Notes: generated by a model not told the origin, from the sequence alone. Shown: positions 18,430 to 29,020, numbered from the stretch's first letter. The stretch is 64,000 nt of DNA from Thermoplasmatota archaeon (GCA_018334835.1 JAGXLF010000002.1:19585-83584); one strand, 5' to 3'. Numbers and translations are program-made.

Positions 18430-21252
18430 ATGAAAAAAAGAAAAGTTTTGGGTTTGGCGGTTGTGTTAGTGCTAGTGACTTCGAGTTTTGTCATCGCTCT
18501 TACTGGTGAGGTCGCAGCCCAGGGAGATGACGGAGAGATATATGCTACAGATGAGAATAAGATTCAAACCGATAATTTTCCTATTGGCTCAGAACTCTAC
18601 TTTACGATAGAGTCAGACTTGATCGAAGAAACCCTAGAGGTTCAATTAAGATACGAAGGATCATTGATGGATTCGAAAAGCGTAGAAACAGATAATAACG
18701 GCAATTACATAAGTGCCGAAGAAGATGTCTTTTTCGATCTAACCGGTATGAGTGAGGGAGAATACAATCTTACGATATCTCAGACTGACGGAGACTTCAA
18801 TTCATACTTCGTTAATATCTATGAACAAGAGTTTACTGAAGGATCTATGGTGATAACAACAGCGGATGATCATGAAAAACCTAAAGATACATTTTTTGCC
18901 GGAGAAACTATATATTATTACGGAGAAGTAAAAGATCAGCACGATAATCCTCCTGTAGAACATCCTTATCAACTTGATGCTTTTGTAGAATACGATGATC
19001 AGGAAAACTTTGTAGAACGAAATCTAGCAGACCAAGAAGACGGTTCGTTTTCTGGTGAATTCGATATCAATCAAGAAGGCAATTTCACTTTGATTATCCG
19101 AGATTTACAAGACGGGGATGTAGAAATTGCGAATTACACATTTACAGTGATGGACATATACTTCAGAGTTTCCATAGAACCTGAACTAAATATTTACACC
19201 CAGGGACAGGAAATAGATCTTCGAGTGGAGAGTGATTATCCCCACAACATAGATGTAGCCATATTAAACAGCCTAGAGGAACCCTATAGATTAATGGACG
19301 GAGCTTTGTGGAAAGACCAAGAATTGATTAATGAGTTCTGGAGTACTGAATACACTATACCAAAAGATGAAGAGGACGGTACTTATTATGTGGTAGTGAA
19401 CAGTACCGAAACCGGGGAAACACTCGAAGTTACGGAATTTGAAATTCAGAAGTATTCTTTAGAAGTGGAAACAGATAAAGATGTTTATCATCCCGGCGAA
19501 AAAGTGAAGGCATACTACACAGTAGAAAATCTCCTAGATGGTTCCCCAGCTAACAATGTAAATGTCAGTTGGAGAATGTATTATATAACCGAAGATTTAG
19601 TAGAGGTAAATTCATTAGGAGGCGAAGGTGTCGACGGAGAATTCTCTGAGACATTACCAAAAGATGCCGCTGTCAACAATAATTTCCTTATCCGTGTTTG
19701 GGCTAACGATACGGAAGAAAGGTATCAAGAACAAGAAGGTATCTACCGGTTTGTTGGTGACTTGAATTTAGACCTTAATGTTGAATTAGATGAATATATC
19801 GTTGGACAAACTTTGTATGTAGAACTACAAACATCGACAGGAAATGTAGAAGTAGAAATTGAACTACATTATGATGATACAGTAGTCGACCAAAAAACAG
19901 TAGTCACTGATAGTAGTGGATATTACAAAGTAACAATGGATCTCTCAGGTAGACCGCCCGGTCATTACGTCGTCTCAGGAAACGCAACTTGGAACGACAT
20001 GTTCGATACTGATGATGATGATTTCGAACTTATAGAAGAAAGCAAGAGACTCTCAGTGATGTTGGAACGTGATAAAGGAGTAAATCCATATTATCCTGAA
20101 GAGGAAGGAATGGTGTTTTACACGATTACTAGAGGAGGAGAAACAGTCACAAACGATGCAAACGTAAAATACAGACTCTATTCCAATCACAGAGTTTTAG
20201 ATAAAGACTTCGCAGAAGGTGGAGAGATCGAATTCCAAGTTCCATCCGATTATAGTCCCTCTAGTGAAGGTGATCTATGGATAGATGTCGAAGCTACTAT
20301 GGATAGAGAAACAGATGGGGCTTCAACAATTCGTATCCCAGTCTCGATAGGAGATATACTACTCAATCCAGATCAATGGGAATATGAGGGCGGTGACGAA
20401 ATAAACTTCGAATATGAGTTCCACGGTATAGAAGAGAATGAGGTCGATTCACTAGAATATAGAGTTCTAGACGACTATGTAGGGGCTGATCCAGAAGTCA
20501 TAATCTCAGGGACTCCTTCTGATGGTGTTTTTGAGATCACTATCCCCGAAGAACCAGAAGATCTCTATTCCGTACAACTCCAAGCAGTTACTGAAAGCGG
20601 AGCTAGCATAGAGACTACCGAACGTATCAACCGCATAAGCGGATTCTTCCTCAGAACTGAGATTGTTACGGACTCTGATTACACTACCGGGGTTTATGAG
20701 CCCGGAGATGAGATAGAGATAAGCTATGAACTCGTCTCTAGAGATGAAAGGCCACTACCTGAAACGGTTACAGTAGGTTATAGGATACAAGGTTATCCAG
20801 AGAGTGACCACCGTTTTAAGACAAATGAAACAGAAGGCACCTTCACTCTTACAGTCCCGGAACTGAACGATGGAGAACAAGTTTTGTCAATCCAGGTTGC
20901 CGAAGAGGGTAATTTGGAAATTATAGACGTCGAAAGCGATCCATCATGGGGAAACAGGATAGTCTTTGGCAACGTGAGCGTAAGTGGCTTAATAATGACT
21001 CTCTTAATATTACTCGCTCTGATCCTAGCCGGAGTTGGAGTACTGATGGCTAAATCAGATAAATCGATTCCCAAAAGCAAAAAAAGAAAGCCACCAAAAA
21101 AACCTGAAGAGACGATGGAATCCGAGGAAGAAGTAGTGGTAGAGGAAGAAGGCGGCGAAGAATTCGTTATCGAAGAAAAAAGAGAACCGCTAGAACAGGA
21201 ATGGAAAGACGAGCCACAGATCGAGCCAGAGCCTAGAGAAGAGGAAGAATGA
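18430..21252 (+). CDS. Large acidic membrane-anchored surface protein with macroglobulin (MG2)-like repeats
   Basis: Signal peptide MKKRK...VAA after GGAGG; repeated 'TDKDVYHPGEKV'-type motifs; C-terminal TM followed by a basic then acidic tail. Confidence 0.75.
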   Translation: MKKRKVLGLAVVLVLVTSSFVIALTGEVAAQGDDGEIYATDENKIQTDNFPIGSELYFTIESDLIEETLEVQLRYEGSLMDSKSVETDNNGNYISAEEDVFFDLTGMSEGEYNLTISQTDGDFNSYFVNIYEQEFTEGSMVITTADDHEKPKDTFFAGETIYYYGEVKDQHDNPPVEHPYQLDAFVEYDDQENFVERNLADQEDGSFSGEFDINQEGNFTLIIRDLQDGDVEIANYTFTVMDIYFRVSIEPELNIYTQGQEIDLRVESDYPHNIDVAILNSLEEPYRLMDGALWKDQELINEFWSTEYTIPKDEEDGTYYVVVNSTETGETLEVTEFEIQKYSLEVETDKDVYHPGEKVKAYYTVENLLDGSPANNVNVSWRMYYITEDLVEVNSLGGEGVDGEFSETLPKDAAVNNNFLIRVWANDTEERYQEQEGIYRFVGDLNLDLNVELDEYIVGQTLYVELQTSTGNVEVEIELHYDDTVVDQKTVVTDSSGYYKVTMDLSGRPPGHYVVSGNATWNDMFDTDDDDFELIEESKRLSVMLERDKGVNPYYPEEEGMVFYTITRGGETVTNDANVKYRLYSNHRVLDKDFAEGGEIEFQVPSDYSPSSEGDLWIDVEATMDRETDGASTIRIPVSIGDILLNPDQWEYEGGDEINFEYEFHGIEENEVDSLEYRVLDDYVGADPEVIISGTPSDGVFEITIPEEPEDLYSVQLQAVTESGASIETTERINRISGFFLRTEIVTDSDYTTGVYEPGDEIEISYELVSRDERPLPETVTVGYRIQGYPESDHRFKTNETEGTFTLTVPELNDGEQVLSIQVAEEGNLEIIDVESDPSWGNRIVFGNVSVSGLIMTLLILLALILAGVGVLMAKSDKSIPKSKKRKPPKKPEETMESEEEVVVEEEGGEEFVIEEKREPLEQEWKDEPQIEPEPREEEE

Positions 21253-21317
21253 TGGACTAATATTTTAAAACCTTTTTCTTATTTTTTCCTAAACATTCAA
21301 AATTAAAGAACCAATAA

Positions 21318-23762
21318 TCACTCTTCATCTTCTATTCCTTCTAAAATATCTTCGACCTCTTCTATATACTTCTCGGCAGCACCCATCTCTTCGTATTTAC
21401 TTTTAGCTTCTAATAGAGTTTCTTGAGCTTTTTCATATTCGCCTTTCTCAATGTAAGCCTTACCAAGTTCGGATAAATCTTGCGCCTCTACAAACGGTGC
21501 GTCAAAATCTTTCATAACATCTTTCGTTTCCTTATATAGCTCAATAGCCCTATCTATATCGCCATCTTTCATCTTGATCATACCTTTAACTCTCTTGGCA
21601 CCAGCTTGACCGACCTTCTCTCCTAGCTTCTCTAACCTCTCTTCAGAATTTCTAAGATATTCTAACGCTTCATCAGTATTTCCTTGTTTTGTCAAGACCT
21701 CAGCTGCATTGAATGAACCCCAGGCTATTAATCGCTCATTTCCGATCTTTTCTGCGTACTCTATACACTTCTTAAATTGTTCTAGAGCGCTTTCCTTTTT
21801 ACCTTTTTTAAGGTACTGATCGCCCATATTGTTATGGACTCTAGCCAATTGATTATATATCTCCTTTGATTCTAATATCGGAAGGGATTTTTCAAAATGT
21901 TGCATAGCCAATTCATGATCCCCTCTCATAGCCACTACATTTCCTAAGTTGATATAATTGAGAGCAAGTTCTCTATTATTTCCTTCCTTCTTCGCTTTAC
22001 GGATAGCTTTTTCAAAATGTTCTTGTGCTTCTTCTAGTTCACCCTCTCTCCACCGGATATATCCGAGACCTCTATAGCATTCAGGTATTCCTTTACCGTC
22101 TTCATCACCAATTTGCTTAGATATCTCTAAAGATTTTGTTAAGTATCTTTCAGCCTCTTCATACTCCTCTAAATTTCTGTAGGCATGACCTATACGTCTC
22201 ATTCCTAACGCTCTCATCTTTTCGTCTTCTACCTCTTCGGCTCTGTTCTTCAGCTCTTCGAACGTATCCTTTGAGGCCTCCCATTCACCAAGATCAACGT
22301 AAAGTCCTCCGATCCTTTTAAGGAGGTCCATCTCCTTATTTTCAACGTTTTCAACACCACGACTTCTCCTGAGAGAATCTAATGCCCTCTCAAAATGATC
22401 TATAGCTCTAGTGATGTCAAGGCTCTGTAGAGATTTCTCACCAGACCTCTTTGAATATTTATAGGCTTTATCAAATTCTTTCCCCTCATAAAAATGCATA
22501 CTAAGTTCATAATAATGATCTTCGATTTCATCCTCATAGAATTCTTCAATAGCATCACCTATCTTTTGATGTGAAACTCTCTTCCTGCTTTTAGCCATAT
22601 CTTCCCTCAATGCAGTCCTAGTTTGAAGATGATCAAATCTATATAGTTCATCATCAGATCCTTTAACTTCATCGATCATGCCCTGATCCATAAGCTCATC
22701 CATGATGTCTAAGAGAGTTATCACGTCCATGTCGATAATTTGCTCTAATATCTCGAAGTTGAACTCGTTTCCCAGCAGAGCAGCGAAATAAAGTACTTTC
22801 TTCTCTTCTCTATCCAATCTTTCAATCTTCCTGTTTGTCATATCCATTATAGAAGATGGAACAGATATATTCGAGAGTTCTTCCTCTGGATCCCAATCAT
22901 AAGAATGAGGGTCTATCACACCATCCTGCATCATCGAATCGAGTATCTCGACGATATAGAATGGATTTCCCTCGGTCTCCCTATACATAGTCCAGATGAA
23001 ATCTTCGGGCAGATCACCTCTATCTATGTAGTTACTTACAAGTTCAGAAACAGAAGGTTGATCTAACCTAGAAACTTCTATCAACCTCACGATGCCCTCT
23101 CCTTTCAGCCTACTCAGTGTCTCTTTAAGAGGGAGCTCTTCTTCAACATACCTGAGTTCATCCCGGCGATAAGCTCCGAAAAAAAATATTTTATTGTCAG
23201 AGACCATCCTAGCTAAGTGGTGCATCAATTGAGCAGAAGATTTATCTATCCATTGAAGATCATCCATGAAGATGACTACAGGATTCTTTTTAGACATATC
23301 ACTCAGAAGATCTGAGACTCTGTTGAACATCAATTCCTGCTGATCTGTAAAAGAAAGGTCTGTTGTTTGAGAAACTCCTCTTTGAGATCCCCCCATCATA
23401 CTCATAGGTGCTGATTCTGAAGATGCGGAAACTTTTGGTTGTATGAATCCAGGACCAAATCCTTCATCTTCTTCCTCTTCAAAATGGCCTTCTAATGCCT
23501 CGTAAAAAGGCAAATAGGGTTCAGTACTCTCATAATAAAGACATCTGCTTTTGAAGACTCTAAAGCCTTCTTCTTCACACTTTTCTAAAAATTTTTCAGC
23601 CAATCTTGTCTTACCAACACCAGTTTCTCCTTCGAGTAAAACGAATCTTCCCTCACCAGAAACTACCTTGTTTTTATAGTGTTCCAATTCATCCAATTCA
23701 TCCTCTCGATCGACAAAGGCCGCTTCATTTCCTGCTCTTCTAGAATCTAGGTTTAGATTCAT
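21318..23762 (-). CDS. STAND NTPase with C-terminal TPR array
   Basis: 'FVDRE', GETGVGKT, IFMDDLQWID, GNPFY, TPR repeats. Confidence 0.88.
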   Translation of the reverse strand: MNLNLDSRRAGNEAAFVDREDELDELEHYKNKVVSGEGRFVLLEGETGVGKTRLAEKFLEKCEEEGFRVFKSRCLYYESTEPYLPFYEALEGHFEEEEDEGFGPGFIQPKVSASSESAPMSMMGGSQRGVSQTTDLSFTDQQELMFNRVSDLLSDMSKKNPVVIFMDDLQWIDKSSAQLMHHLARMVSDNKIFFFGAYRRDELRYVEEELPLKETLSRLKGEGIVRLIEVSRLDQPSVSELVSNYIDRGDLPEDFIWTMYRETEGNPFYIVEILDSMMQDGVIDPHSYDWDPEEELSNISVPSSIMDMTNRKIERLDREEKKVLYFAALLGNEFNFEILEQIIDMDVITLLDIMDELMDQGMIDEVKGSDDELYRFDHLQTRTALREDMAKSRKRVSHQKIGDAIEEFYEDEIEDHYYELSMHFYEGKEFDKAYKYSKRSGEKSLQSLDITRAIDHFERALDSLRRSRGVENVENKEMDLLKRIGGLYVDLGEWEASKDTFEELKNRAEEVEDEKMRALGMRRIGHAYRNLEEYEEAERYLTKSLEISKQIGDEDGKGIPECYRGLGYIRWREGELEEAQEHFEKAIRKAKKEGNNRELALNYINLGNVVAMRGDHELAMQHFEKSLPILESKEIYNQLARVHNNMGDQYLKKGKKESALEQFKKCIEYAEKIGNERLIAWGSFNAAEVLTKQGNTDEALEYLRNSEERLEKLGEKVGQAGAKRVKGMIKMKDGDIDRAIELYKETKDVMKDFDAPFVEAQDLSELGKAYIEKGEYEKAQETLLEAKSKYEEMGAAEKYIEEVEDILEGIEDEE

Positions 23763-23868
23763 CCCAGTTGAGAGTAGTGTTAGTAGTTTTTATTAAAATT
23801 TGCCCTAATATACCGACAAACATATTTCTGAGGATATGGATCGTGTAAACCAGGAGTCACTAATTCAT

Positions 23869-24771
23869 CTATAAAAATTCCCAATCATCACCGTTAGATT
23901 TAGAATGATGCCTGACATTGCTCCTAGGCAATGGCCTTTCACTTTCGAAAATGTTTTTTCCATCATTCTGTCTGACGAGTTTCATCCTCTCTTCACTCTC
24001 TCCTTCACCCGAGTTATCTCGCATGCTACGTTTGTTTTGTCCTTTAGCCTCTGCAAATTCACATTGATCTTTTCTCTTTCCATTGTATCTTACAGACCTT
24101 AGATCGCTTAGGCTTTTTCTATCAACTGCATTATAGTTCTGTCGATCCATTGGGTTCTTCGCATACCGGTGCAGAGAAGCTAACTCATCTTTGACCCTAC
24201 CGAGTGATCTAACTCCATCGGTAGATTCCTTTCTCTTTTCATAAGAGATTATTCCACCAATGTAAGCGAATACTATTGTCAAAATATAACTGTTTGAACC
24301 GAAGGGTACACCGGCTAAAACTCTATCGAAGAAAATGGTCCAGTATTGGTGGACGAATTCAAGATACGGACCAAAGAATGAATGTGAAGAAGCGATCGAG
24401 ATGATTTTATCTGGATATTCCAATGCCCATGCTAGAGCAAAATACAAGTAACCCTGACTGAGCAAGTAATAGATGGCACCAATTATACCAAGACCTAGGA
24501 ATGATGCAAGAATACCTTTTTTAGGGCCCCCGGTTCTTCTACCGCCCACGTAACCAGCTAACATAGGTCCAAACAGAGGAATCCACCAAAGGATGGCAGA
24601 TAACACAACGATATATTTTACTCCACTCCAAAAATCATAAGTTATCTTGCCGAATTCCTTTATTTTTCTGACAGTGTTTCCCCGTTCTTTCTCTTCCTTG
24701 AATTTCAATAGTCCTTCTTCCTGGAGTTTTCTTGTCGAAGGATCCCGATACTTTTCTTTCCTCAGACGCAT
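23869..24771 (-). CDS. Hypothetical membrane protein
   Basis: 'ILWWIPLFGPMLAGYVGGRRTGG' glycine-rich TM hairpin; charged disordered C-terminus. Confidence 0.65.
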   Translation of the reverse strand: MRLRKEKYRDPSTRKLQEEGLLKFKEEKERGNTVRKIKEFGKITYDFWSGVKYIVVLSAILWWIPLFGPMLAGYVGGRRTGGPKKGILASFLGLGIIGAIYYLLSQGYLYFALAWALEYPDKIISIASSHSFFGPYLEFVHQYWTIFFDRVLAGVPFGSNSYILTIVFAYIGGIISYEKRKESTDGVRSLGRVKDELASLHRYAKNPMDRQNYNAVDRKSLSDLRSVRYNGKRKDQCEFAEAKGQNKRSMRDNSGEGESEERMKLVRQNDGKNIFESERPLPRSNVRHHSKSNGDDWEFL

Positions 24772-24786
24772 TATATCCCATTATAG

Positions 24787-24815
24787 TGTCAGATCGTCCG
24801 ACAGAACGTCTGACA
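24787..24815. promoter_or_regulatory. Inverted repeat / candidate operator upstream of the 23869-24771 gene
   Basis: TGTCAGA(T)CGT-N8-ACGTCTGACA, located between an AT-rich TATA-like box (about 24836-24845) and the start codon. Confidence 0.4.
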
Positions 24816-24879
24816 AATAAAATAGGAAGGTCAAATTATTTAAAAGTTTTCATGGTTTATCTTATTTGTCATACTGTTA

Positions 24880-26232
24880 TTAGATAGATTTCAAGATATC
24901 TTCCACCTTGGTCTGATGTTCGTCTGCAAGCCTTTCAGCTTTGATTTCATCCGTAGCCTCGGAGTAAATGCGATATTTTGGTTCAGTTCCCGATGCTCTA
25001 ATCAAGACCCATCCTTCATCGTAGTATATCTTCAACCCGTCAGTATCGTCGTGATCGGTTTCACTGTAAATCTCTTTCAATCTTTCTAACAATGGATCCT
25101 TCAATTCATCTGGGCACTCCACACCTCTCTTTTCAAGAAAGTACTGCGGCAGTTCTTCGATCATATCCGATAATTTTCCTTCTTTGGCGACCATCTCTAC
25201 GATCTTAGCGGCGGTCATAGAACCATCTCTACAGAATTGATGATCCGCAAAGATCAAACCACCGTTTTCTTCCCCTCCAAATATAGCGTTTTCTTCTATC
25301 ATCCTTCTCGCGACTATTGGAGATCCGACAGCGGTATAGATGAGTTCACCACCGTTCTCTTCAACAACGTCTGCGACACTACTCGACGAGGAGACGGGAG
25401 TCACGACAGTTCCCCCTTTATTCTCTTTCACAAGTTTTTCCGCAACCAAGGTCAATGTTCTATCTCCATGAATGTATCCACCGTCCTCGTCGATAAAGAT
25501 AGTCCTATCAGCGTCGCCATCATGTGCGATGCCTAGGTCAGCGTCTGTTTCTGAAGTCAACCTGATCAGATCTTGCAAATTTTCTTTGATTGGTTCACTG
25601 TTGTGTCCCGGGAAAAAACCATCAGGCTGAGCATTGAGCGTAACCACTTCACATCCCAACTCCCTCAATAGATAAGGTGTAAGATGACATCCTGCGCCGT
25701 TAGCACAGTCGAGTATAACTTTAGGTTCAGCTTTTCTGATAGCTTCTTCATCTATCTTTTCTTTTATAGCTGCAGAATAGAGGTCAAGAGCGTCATCTGA
25801 TTTTTTCTTACCGACCTCATCCCAACCGACAAGATCAAAATCTTTAGAAAAGTAAATATCTTCGATCTCTTCTTCCATCCAACCGATCAGTTCTGTACCG
25901 TCATCATTTACACACTTGATACCGTTAAATTCAGGGGGATTATGTGAAGCGGTGATAGCTACACCAAAGTCAGCCAATCCCTTCGTATAGAATTGTAAAG
26001 CTGGCGTTGGGACTTCTCCAAGATCGATCACATCACAGCCGGTAGCCATCAACCCAGAAGAAACCGCATTCTTCAACATGTAGTTTGAAGCTCTAGTATC
26101 GGTTCCTATGGCCACCTCTTTATCTTTTCCTATCCATGTACCTATTGCTTTGCCTAGTTGAAGGGCTAGGTCCGTATCCATATCTTTGTTTATCGTGCCT
26201 CTAACTCCGTTAGTTCCAAAAAGCTCGGTCAT
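24880..26232 (-). CDS. glmM: Phosphohexomutase (phosphoglucosamine mutase / PMM-PGM)
   Basis: 'LFGTNGVRG', 'TASHNP', 'DGDADR', 'GGEENG', 'RASGTEP'. Confidence 0.88.
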   Translation of the reverse strand: MTELFGTNGVRGTINKDMDTDLALQLGKAIGTWIGKDKEVAIGTDTRASNYMLKNAVSSGLMATGCDVIDLGEVPTPALQFYTKGLADFGVAITASHNPPEFNGIKCVNDDGTELIGWMEEEIEDIYFSKDFDLVGWDEVGKKKSDDALDLYSAAIKEKIDEEAIRKAEPKVILDCANGAGCHLTPYLLRELGCEVVTLNAQPDGFFPGHNSEPIKENLQDLIRLTSETDADLGIAHDGDADRTIFIDEDGGYIHGDRTLTLVAEKLVKENKGGTVVTPVSSSSSVADVVEENGGELIYTAVGSPIVARRMIEENAIFGGEENGGLIFADHQFCRDGSMTAAKIVEMVAKEGKLSDMIEELPQYFLEKRGVECPDELKDPLLERLKEIYSETDHDDTDGLKIYYDEGWVLIRASGTEPKYRIYSEATDEIKAERLADEHQTKVEDILKSI

Positions 26233-27212
26233 ATTTCTTTCTCCTCCGGTTCAAATTTTTCTTTTATCACTTCTTTATTCTTTTCTAGATACAGATTGTC
26301 AGATATTATAGAATCTTTTATCGTAACATTGTCCTCGACTACGACATCATATCCCAATATGCTGTCCTCTATGATGCATCCTTTTCCTATCTCTACCCCA
26401 TCATAGATCATAGAATTATATATACTAGACTTTCCTATCCTGCAGTCTTTCCCAACGGTCACGTATTCTCCAAGTTCTCCCTCGATAGAGCTTTTATCGC
26501 CTACAAGTCTTTTCTTTCCCATCTCATCGAGTAACGTACGATGTGCCTCGAATAAACTCGAGGGTCTTCCACAGTCTATCCAATAACCTTCAAATTCATA
26601 GCCAAAGAGACCTTCCTCTACCAAATCAGGAAAGATTTCACGTTCCATCGATACTTTTTCTCCTTCAGGTATCCTGTCAAATACTTCAGGTTCTAAAATA
26701 TAGTGACCGGCATTAACTTTCCTAGAAAATGCCTCCTCAGGAGCAGGTTTTTCTTGAAAACGCTTTATCCTTGAATCTTTAGAGATGTCCATAACTCCAA
26801 ACTCGGTAGGATCATCGACTCTCCAGGCAGAGATAGCTCCGATCCCGTCTTTTTCGCGGTAAAAATCTAGGTAATTTCGAAAATCGAGGCTAGATATTAT
26901 GTCTGAATTGATTACAAAAAATGTATCGTCGACATAACTTTCGACATTCTTCACCGCTCCCGCGGTCCCTCTAGGTTCCGGTTCATCCACTATGTGTACT
27001 TCTCTATCCAGATTTACATCTTCAAAGTACTCTCTCAACATATCTATTTTGTAATTAGCCGCTAAAACGACTTCTTTTACTTCTTTAGGCAGAGAATCGA
27101 TAATGTGCTGGACCAAAGATTTGTTGAGTAGGGGTAGTAGAGGCTTTGGAGTAGTATAGGTCAAAGGGCGCATCCTCGTACCGAATCCTCCCGAGAGTAG
27201 AATTGCTTGCAT
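26229..27212 (-). CDS. NDP-sugar synthase (nucleotidyltransferase plus left-handed beta-helix)
   Basis: 'GGFGTRMRPLT..PKPLLP', 'EKP', hexapeptide tail; 4-nt overlap with glmM. Confidence 0.9.
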   Translation of the reverse strand: MQAILLSGGFGTRMRPLTYTTPKPLLPLLNKSLVQHIIDSLPKEVKEVVLAANYKIDMLREYFEDVNLDREVHIVDEPEPRGTAGAVKNVESYVDDTFFVINSDIISSLDFRNYLDFYREKDGIGAISAWRVDDPTEFGVMDISKDSRIKRFQEKPAPEEAFSRKVNAGHYILEPEVFDRIPEGEKVSMEREIFPDLVEEGLFGYEFEGYWIDCGRPSSLFEAHRTLLDEMGKKRLVGDKSSIEGELGEYVTVGKDCRIGKSSIYNSMIYDGVEIGKGCIIEDSILGYDVVVEDNVTIKDSIISDNLYLEKNKEVIKEKFEPEEKEI

Positions 27213-27245
27213 CGGATGACATTACCAATATAGTCCTAATAAATA

Positions 27246-27695
27246 TTACGATTCCAATTTTTCAAGTTCTTCGATCAAATCATCAACTTCATCGAAATCA
27301 TCTACAGCATCTATTTCCCAGGTATTTATCCCCAAGATATCTTTTCCATACCTCTGTGCAAAACATATCTCGGACAGAGTTCCATATGCGCCGTCTATTG
27401 CGATGATCACGTCGCCGTTCATCACGACGAGAGTGTTTCTCATAATTCCCAAATTTGTGACTATCGCATGATCGATATATTCATTCGCTTCATCCCTAGA
27501 GGAAGAAGGTAATATCCCTATGGTAGTACCGCCCTTCCTTTTCGCGCCTTTGCAAACTTCTCTCATGACTCCTCCTCTCCCGCCACAGACGATGGTGTGG
27601 CCTCTCTCGGCCAACTCTTCTCCTAGATCTTCAGCCATCTTCAAGTCTTTTTCACCAGCAGACCCAACATCCCCTCCGATCACGCTGATATACAT
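27246..27695 (-). CDS. TIGR00725/LOG-like Rossmann-fold protein
   Basis: 'VCGGRGGVM', 'RN', 'GAYGTLSEI'. Confidence 0.85.
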   Translation of the reverse strand: MYISVIGGDVGSAGEKDLKMAEDLGEELAERGHTIVCGGRGGVMREVCKGAKRKGGTTIGILPSSSRDEANEYIDHAIVTNLGIMRNTLVVMNGDVIIAIDGAYGTLSEICFAQRYGKDILGINTWEIDAVDDFDEVDDLIEELEKLES

Positions 27696-27745
27696 AGATG
27701 CACATAAAAGATCGGCATATTAGTTTTTTCCGATTTGAACATATA

Positions 27746-27950
27746 CTTTGTCATGTTCTTGGATTGTGACTTCCTCTCCGCCCTGAAGGACGGAGCTTCC
27801 GATCAAAGCTAATGAGGTTGCATTCCGCTCGCTGACTTCATGAGGGAGTAAAAATCCCTCAGAGCGGTCAGGTCATCGCTTCCAGCTCCGGGACTAGCCA
27901 CGAAGCCCCCTGCTCTTGAAAGAGGTTTCAAGAACTTTCCAAGAGCCCGT
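27746..27950 (-). ncRNA. Predicted omegaRNA/reRNA (scaffold overlapping the tnpB 3' end plus flank-derived guide)
   Basis: Inferred from known TnpB architecture; scaffold ends at TCAC (27766); 5' boundary is approximate. Confidence 0.55.
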
Positions 27951-29020
27951 CGTCCGATGTTGTGTGCACCGTTCTTGTCCGAGTGTACCTCAAGTCCACA
28001 GTTGTCGCATCTGAACACGCCGGCGTTCCGTTCGCCTTTCGTTCCGCACCTTGAACAAAGCTGTGATGTCCAGGCCTCGCTCACTTCAACGTAGCCGATA
28101 CCGTTCCAGTGCGCCTTGTATTCCAGCTGTCTTCTCAGCTCGTAATGCGGGAATCTGTGTAGTTTTCTGTTCATCAGTCTGCCGTTGTCTTGGTCCTGTA
28201 TTCCCGTCAGTTCACCGACGAATATCAATAGGTTGTTTTCTTCAGCGTACTTGACTATCTTATCCGTCAGCTTGTGGATGGAGTCGTTCACTTTATCGTA
28301 CTCACGCCTGAAGAAGCGTGAACGGTTGGATCCGTAGTCAGTCTGCCTTCTGAGATAGAAAAAATGTGTCTGCACGTCGCGTATATCGGAACCGTCGAGC
28401 ATCGTCTCACGACCGGGTAACGCCACTGACGCTACTGGCTGCCTCAAGCCAAGATCGATACCCAGAACTCCGTCGTAACGCTCCTGCAGGAACACATCCT
28501 TCTTGATCATGATGTGGAGATGAAAACGGCCGTTCCGTTTCAAGAGTTTGGTCATACAAATTTCATGTTTATCTTCGATGTCCATATGTGTTCTTATCGG
28601 TACTTTGATACCGCCGTGCCGCTGTTTGGACGGTATCTTGAAAAAGTAGTCCGCAACCTCGGATCCACAGTCTCTCAACTCGATCAGATCTTTACGGAGA
28701 AAGACGGGATACGCTTTACCGTCCTTCAGGTCATCTGTATCAAGATTCCGTTCGGCCTGCTGCCTGTGTGCGCTGTACACCTTATCGATTCCTTCATCTA
28801 TATGAAGCCAGCGCTGATAGTTCGACCACATCCGTTCAAGCTGTTCCCACTTTACGTTGGTCAATTCGACAACGGCCGATTTGACTGTCTTTTCGGCTTC
28901 CATCTCCTTATGTGTCCAGCACCATTGTAGTATTTAAATATCCGTTCGGGGGGTCAGTAAAAGTGACTCCATTGTCTGTATCCTCTCCCTGAAGGAAGAG
29001 GCCTTAGACAGTTATTTAGG
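27766..29020 (-). mobile_element. Non-autonomous IS200/IS605-family (IS1341-type) element carrying tnpB only
   Basis: Two related subterminal hairpins (+ strand 27776-27795 CTCCGCCCTGAAGGACGGAG; 28982-29001 CCTCTCCCTGAAGGAAGAGG); right end GGAAGTCAC; visibly GC-richer than its flanks; left boundary inferred from the guide-pairing rule. Confidence 0.85.
27809..28903 (-). CDS. tnpB: RNA-guided endonuclease TnpB
   Basis: RuvC-I GIDLG, RuvC-II VGEL, zinc finger CSRC..CDNC, RuvC-III HSDKNGAHNI. Confidence 0.93.
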   Translation of the reverse strand: MEAEKTVKSAVVELTNVKWEQLERMWSNYQRWLHIDEGIDKVYSAHRQQAERNLDTDDLKDGKAYPVFLRKDLIELRDCGSEVADYFFKIPSKQRHGGIKVPIRTHMDIEDKHEICMTKLLKRNGRFHLHIMIKKDVFLQERYDGVLGIDLGLRQPVASVALPGRETMLDGSDIRDVQTHFFYLRRQTDYGSNRSRFFRREYDKVNDSIHKLTDKIVKYAEENNLLIFVGELTGIQDQDNGRLMNRKLHRFPHYELRRQLEYKAHWNGIGYVEVSEAWTSQLCSRCGTKGERNAGVFRCDNCGLEVHSDKNGAHNIGRRALGKFLKPLSRAGGFVASPGAGSDDLTALRDFYSLMKSASGMQPH

